17,286 nt of DNA, from assembly GCA_054661495.1 (NCBI GenBank), contig BAAFSQ010000214.1, positions 1-17,286 of the forward strand, given 5' to 3'. This stretch comes from Zygophlyctis sp. KS116 (taxonomy: Eukaryota > Fungi > Chytridiomycota). This document shows, piece by piece, positions 13,324-17,286 of the stretch. The translations under genes were made by a program, and so were the position numbers. The number at the start of each line of letters is the position of its first letter. The stretch's first letter is position 1. Under the pieces are notes generated by a model that ran no database searches, had not been told where the DNA came from, and saw nothing but the letters and a program-made list of their open reading frames with translations.

Positions 13324-14123
13324 TCAAGGTTGATATTAGAATCAAAATTGTACTGATCACTGATAAATCTTGTCTTGAAGGAATATTATAGATAAATGTT
13401 AATTGCATATTTTCTCGAACATATCCAACTAGATTATTGTCTGAAAGTACTATAATTACTAATGAAACAACTAGAGAAACATAGAAATCATACCCGGGAT
13501 GAGGAAATATTGTGACTTGAGATTTCTTGGTCCGTTTCTTAGTATTTTTGACTGTTATTATATGATTCCATGCAGCAATTATCCACAAGTATAAAATTGT
13601 AGACCCGCAAGATGATAAAATCCCTACAATTAATTGTCCCATATACGATGTCTGAGTAAGATGAGAATACGTTGCATGATCTTTAAATAAAAGTATCCCA
13701 TTGACCAGACTAAACCCCTTTGCAATGCAAAGAAACAAGTTAAAAAAAGGATCTAGTATCAGTAATAGAGGACTCCAAAGCCTGCTAAAAATAGAGATAT
13801 GGAAAACTAAATAGTGAAAAGCAATATAAATTGGTAGCAAATATCCATTAATTAACCAAGCCACCGGTGTTCCTGAAAGAATATCTACATCTATTAATTT
13901 ATCAATATTACTCGCAAAGGATGCACCTCCAAAAGCTAGAAAAAGAGTTGTGATCAAACCAAAGAAATACTACTTTTAGAGTTACAATAATTACACTATC
14001 AAATTCAGAAGTCTGCAGTTTCTTCTTAGTCCGAAGAGAAAACGCAAGTGCTCTTATCGAATGGAACAAGATCGTATTAGAATGAGCAGAGATCATAAAT
14101 GTCTTTACAGCAGCATAAAGCAT
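13313..14123 (-). CDS. TRIC/TMEM38-like multi-pass membrane protein, about 252 aa
   Basis: Intron 13970-13994 (25 nt) joins two ORF-track frames (FDS|YFFGLITT). Removing the in-frame 27-nt intron 13885-13911 gives AFGGASFANILSGTPVAWL, which with GILSSCGSTIL resembles the two glycine-rich repeats of TRIC channels. Alternative in-frame ATG at 14180. Family call is by pattern recognition only. Confidence 0.6.
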
Positions 14124-14177
14124 TTTTACTGAAAATTGATGATTAAAGATGATCGATTCGAGAAGTACGTAGTGTCG

Positions 14178-14212
14178 CATTGTCTGATGTCCGAATGACG
14201 TTTTCAATTTAT
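14178..14212 (+). repeat. 35-bp direct repeat, left copy
   Basis: CATTGTCTGATGTCCGAATGACGTTTTCAATTTAT, identical to 15161-15195. Confidence 0.95.
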
Positions 14213-14395
14213 CGACTATATCGGGGTTTCGAAATGATTGATGGGATGAATCAAAATGACCAAAATAATTCATTGATAAGTCTAAGATCAATTCAGAGAT
14301 TTTATCTTTGTCCGGAGAAAGCACCTGCGAATCCTAAACTTACCCGTTGAACGTGGGAAACTTTAGGTTGAAGAAAGCTTCTTGTGACTTTAAAA

Positions 14396-15034
14396 ATGTT
14401 TCAATCTTCTGCTTATACTCTTCCAAAACTCTTTATGGCCTCAAAAGGGGAGGCCGGGAAGGCTGCACATTCTGTTCTAAGGCATGTAACTTGTCTTGTC
14501 AAAGCAGAGAAAGCTGATGGCACCACAACTGTTGGATCTGGATTTCTTTATTCTTCAACATATACAATAATGACATGCAAGCATGTCGTTAAGGATGCTA
14601 TTAAAGTGACAGTAGATGGTTTCGAAGCCAAAGTAGCTGCTGAGAGTGATTATTTTGATTTGGCAGTTTTAACAGTTAAGGATTATGAAAATCAGACCCA
14701 TGATCTTCCTTATTTAAAGATGGCCCCATGTGTGGAAGTTGGAGATGTTGTCTTTTGCGGTGGGTTTTTCAATCAGGCATATCATTTTTCTGATGGCATT
14801 GTTTCAAGAAGTGATGATCCTCACACCATTGTGGTCACAAATCATACTGATCATGGCACCTCAGGCGGCCCTGCTGTTGGAAAAGGATTAAGGGAACTAT
14901 TTGGTGTGATCTGTGAAGATTATGGCATTTCTCATCATCGAACTTCATTGATACATCCATTGGACATTGATATCTTTTTGAAAAGTTTTCCAGAATTACC
15001 TCAAATTGAAGTGTACAAGCAATATCAGGTTTGA
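14396..15034 (+). CDS. Trypsin-like (S1/Trypsin_2-type) serine peptidase, 212 aa, intronless
   Basis: GSGF, IMTCKHVV (His), DLAVL (Asp) and GTSGGP (Ser) form a complete triad. No evident signal peptide or PDZ domain. Confidence 0.88.
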   Translation: MFQSSAYTLPKLFMASKGEAGKAAHSVLRHVTCLVKAEKADGTTTVGSGFLYSSTYTIMTCKHVVKDAIKVTVDGFEAKVAAESDYFDLAVLTVKDYENQTHDLPYLKMAPCVEVGDVVFCGGFFNQAYHFSDGIVSRSDDPHTIVVTNHTDHGTSGGPAVGKGLRELFGVICEDYGISHHRTSLIHPLDIDIFLKSFPELPQIEVYKQYQV

Positions 15035-15160
15035 TAGAGGATTGAATTTGCAGATAAAAAATATGTTTCCTTGCATTTTTAAACTAAATGTATGACGATT
15101 GCTCCATAATCATAATTTTTTTTATAAAATGTATATAGTCGAAGCTCGCAAATAGAGTAT

Positions 15161-15195
15161 CATTGTCTGATGTCCGAATGACGTTTTCAATTTAT
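15161..15195 (+). repeat. 35-bp direct repeat, right copy
   Basis: Identical to 14178-14212. Confidence 0.95.
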
Positions 15196-15276
15196 TAGAT
15201 TTTCAATGTTTTTAAATTCTTTCAAGCGTGTACTAAAAACAGGTCCGACTTTTATATTTTTTTCTACTATAATAGA

Positions 15277-16188
15277 TCAATTCCTCAAGGAATTATTTAC
15301 AGGCAATATTGGCTTATTCTTGTACACTGTATATCCAATCCCTCCTAAAAACGTGAGTGCGATTCCTATTCCATTAATAATTCCTAGAGAGCTTGAAAAT
15401 AACATAAAAGATAACAAAACAGTAGTTACTAGTTTTATATTTCCTGCTATTGACATTGTTAATGCTGATGTTTTCTTATTAGAGATAAATGAAGTAATAT
15501 TGACTATAAATGCAATTATTCCATTACATAATAATAGCATGCTTGATCTAGAGTCTAGACGGGCATACACTTTCTTGAATTCTCCAGTTGAAAGAGAGAC
15601 TGATAGAGTAATGATGAAAGCAAAAAAAGAATTATAAAATAATAAATCAAGAGTTCCAAAAGATTTTTGTAGTTTATGAGTTAGTACACCTTTCAGACAT
15701 GAGACCCATGTTGCAAAAAGACATGTCAGAGTCCCAAATAATGAGAAATAATAATCACCGGTAGTTGTAAAGATGACACCAATTACAATTGGAAGAATTC
15801 TTAGCATTAGCTCTTCAGAGACCTGCTCTTGAGAATAAAATAGATTGATAAGAATTGTAATAAACGGTCCCAAGGCTCGTATTCCCTGATGTACAGATAC
15901 TGATACCAGGCTGAGAGAATATGTCGATAGAAATATATTTGCTGTATACAATAAAGAGAAGAATAGAATTTCATGCAATGCAGTTATTTTATGTAGTTTA
16001 ATCAGTTTGAGAAAATGCCCAAGACAAAGACAAGACACAGTTACAAACATTTGTATTGCCGTTAGAAGCCAAGGAAAGGAAAATGGGTAAAATTGTGTCA
16101 TGTACTTGTTGTATAATGTGATAATAATGTTGCTTAGAAGCCATGATATTAACCAAACGGAGCGGTCAATAGTTGGTTTAAAAGTCAT
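15277..16188 (-). CDS. Triose-phosphate/nucleotide-sugar transporter family (DMT, SLC35-like), 303 aa
   Basis: NIIITLYNK, FSFPWLLTAIQM, SLSLVSVSVHQGIRALGP and NKKTSALTMSIAGNIK. Roughly 9-10 hydrophobic segments. Intronless. Confidence 0.88.
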   Translation of the reverse strand: MTFKPTIDRSVWLISWLLSNIIITLYNKYMTQFYPFSFPWLLTAIQMFVTVSCLCLGHFLKLIKLHKITALHEILFFSLLYTANIFLSTYSLSLVSVSVHQGIRALGPFITILINLFYSQEQVSEELMLRILPIVIGVIFTTTGDYYFSLFGTLTCLFATWVSCLKGVLTHKLQKSFGTLDLLFYNSFFAFIITLSVSLSTGEFKKVYARLDSRSSMLLLCNGIIAFIVNITSFISNKKTSALTMSIAGNIKLVTTVLLSFMLFSSSLGIINGIGIALTFLGGIGYTVYKNKPILPVNNSLRN

Positions 16189-16327
16189 TCCAATGTCCGA
16201 AACTCAATCTTTTAATTTTAAGAGATTCGCCAAGAGAGAACCGATGATACAAGAGTTCATGATTTTACTTCTTTAAGGATAAACTCAAATAATACTTGTT
16301 GGATCGATTAAACTAGGATATACAATA

Positions 16328-17286
16328 TTATTCAACAAACGCTGGTATTTCAGGATCATCTGTGACAGAAAGCCACTTTTCAACCTTTGCAATGGACTCT
16401 GCACGTTCTTTATCATAATCTTCTTCCTCATAATCGTAGCCCTCGTAATAGTATTCATCATAATCATCTGCCTCATAATCGTATTCATCATAATCTTGCG
16501 CTTCCATCTCGGCCTTTAATGTTTCCCTGTTTTCGTGAAAGCATTCGTTATGAAATTTCAAAAAAACCGATCCTGGCCATTCATTCTTCTTTTCCGGATC
16601 AAAATGAATCTCCGTTCCATTGTAAGAAAATAATGAACCCTTTAATTCTTTATCTGCAACTGATTTTTCTTCTGGAAGTTCGTGCTGGTCTAATGTCTTA
16701 ATAACATAACCGTTTTCTGTTTTAAAAATAGTAAATTCAAACTTATCAAATGAAGCATGTAGAGGCCGCGACATTAGTATTCCATTTCTAACATCCATTA
16801 TACGATGTTCGGGATTATTACAGCTATAAGGAAGTGCGGCGTCGAAAACCTTCTTACCAACCAAGTCATTCTTTTGAAAGTAAGCCCATGGGACTATATG
16901 GCATGCATCACACTCATTTTCATTTATACCAGTAAGAGCACAGCCATTCCTATCTCTATTAAGAATCCGGGCTCTGAATGATGATTGATTAAGTTCCGCA
17001 CCATTGCCTGTTCGACTACCTGAGCTGGCAGTAGATCGGCGTCTTTTTAGAGGTAGCTCGATTGCTGTTTTTAGTTAAAAACAAATACCTTGAGAGTTTA
17101 CTGTTTCTTGGAGCTTCAATTGTAGACGAAGCTCTTCATTCTTTAGCAATTGCTCCTCTCTCTTTAGAACATGCTCTTCTAATTGCTCTTTTTTCTTTAG
17201 CAAATGCTTTTTTTCTTTAATCAATTGCTCTTTTTCCTTGATCAAATTCTGTAATGAAACTCCTTCCTCATTCCCATATTTTCTCT
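16328..17286 (-). CDS. Coiled-coil + HNH_2-type endonuclease (Crinkler/CR-effector-like), 5' end outside the window
   Basis: The frame extends upstream of the ORF track: FRARILNRDRNGCALTG...CDACHIVPW...DVRNGILMSRPLHASFDKFEFTI...WPGSVFLKFHNECF. A 24-nt intron 17065-17088 links to a KEKEQL heptad exon. KRRR is NLS-like, and the tail is acidic and Tyr-rich. Confidence 0.85.
16411..16500 (-). repeat. Six degenerate 15-nt tandem units encoding an acidic DYD/E tail
   Basis: Plus-strand units TATCATAATCTTCTT, CCTCATAATCGTAGC, CCTCGTAATAGTATT, CATCATAATCATCTG, CCTCATAATCGTATT and CATCATAATCTTGCG encode QDYDEYDYEADDYDEYYYEGYDYEEEDYD. Confidence 0.8.
17141..17250 (-). repeat. Degenerate 21-nt (heptad) repeats encoding a coiled coil
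   Basis: Recurrent CTTTAG..AATTGCTC units encode NLIKEKEQLIKEKKHLLKKKEQLEEHVLKREEQLLK. Confidence 0.65.

Larger units (their letters stand above)
14178..15195. mobile_element. Putative inserted cassette carrying a protease gene, bounded by a 35-bp duplication
   Basis: 948 bp (14213-15160) between exact direct repeats. Inverted repeat TCGACTATAT (14212-14221) / ATATAGTCGA (15133-15142). No transposase is encoded inside. Confidence 0.55.

Noticed and set aside
14181-14324. Long N-terminal extension of the TRIC-like ORF
   Set aside because: It runs through the direct repeat into the inserted cassette from a non-ATG start, so it is probably an incidental open frame.
14178-15195. 35-bp repeats as a CRISPR array or LTRs
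   Set aside because: Only two copies about 1 kb apart, in a eukaryotic context with no cas genes. Too short for LTRs, with no TG..CA ends and no gag/pol.

Overview
Eukaryotic, AT-rich and extremely gene-dense DNA. It is fungal (division-1 chitin synthase, Msp1, PGI) and probably an early-diverging fungus such as a chytrid, though that taxon is inference. Splicing the fragmented ORFs gives about 16 genes: RING C-terminus (partial), Msp1/ATAD1, tandem CCCH zinc-finger protein, F-box/WD40, glucose-6-phosphate isomerase, a hidden 56-aa spliced microprotein candidate, an RsmF/NSUN-type m5C methyltransferase, an MFS transporter, a small TPR protein, a C2H2 protein, chitin synthase, NDUFAF3/Mth938, a TRIC-like channel, a trypsin-like protease, a TPT/nucleotide-sugar transporter, and a coiled-coil + HNH nuclease (partial). 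Main observations: (1) the intronless protease sits in a 948-bp cassette bounded by an exact 35-bp direct repeat, with a 10-bp asymmetric inverted repeat inside, which looks like an effector-type gene mobilised into a promoter, one gene away from a Crinkler-like HNH gene; (2) all 24 introns in the main gene models are 24-31 nt; (3) convergent gene pairs abut or share stop codons (CTAG, TTAA palindromes). All gene models were assembled by hand from the sequence, with no database searches.
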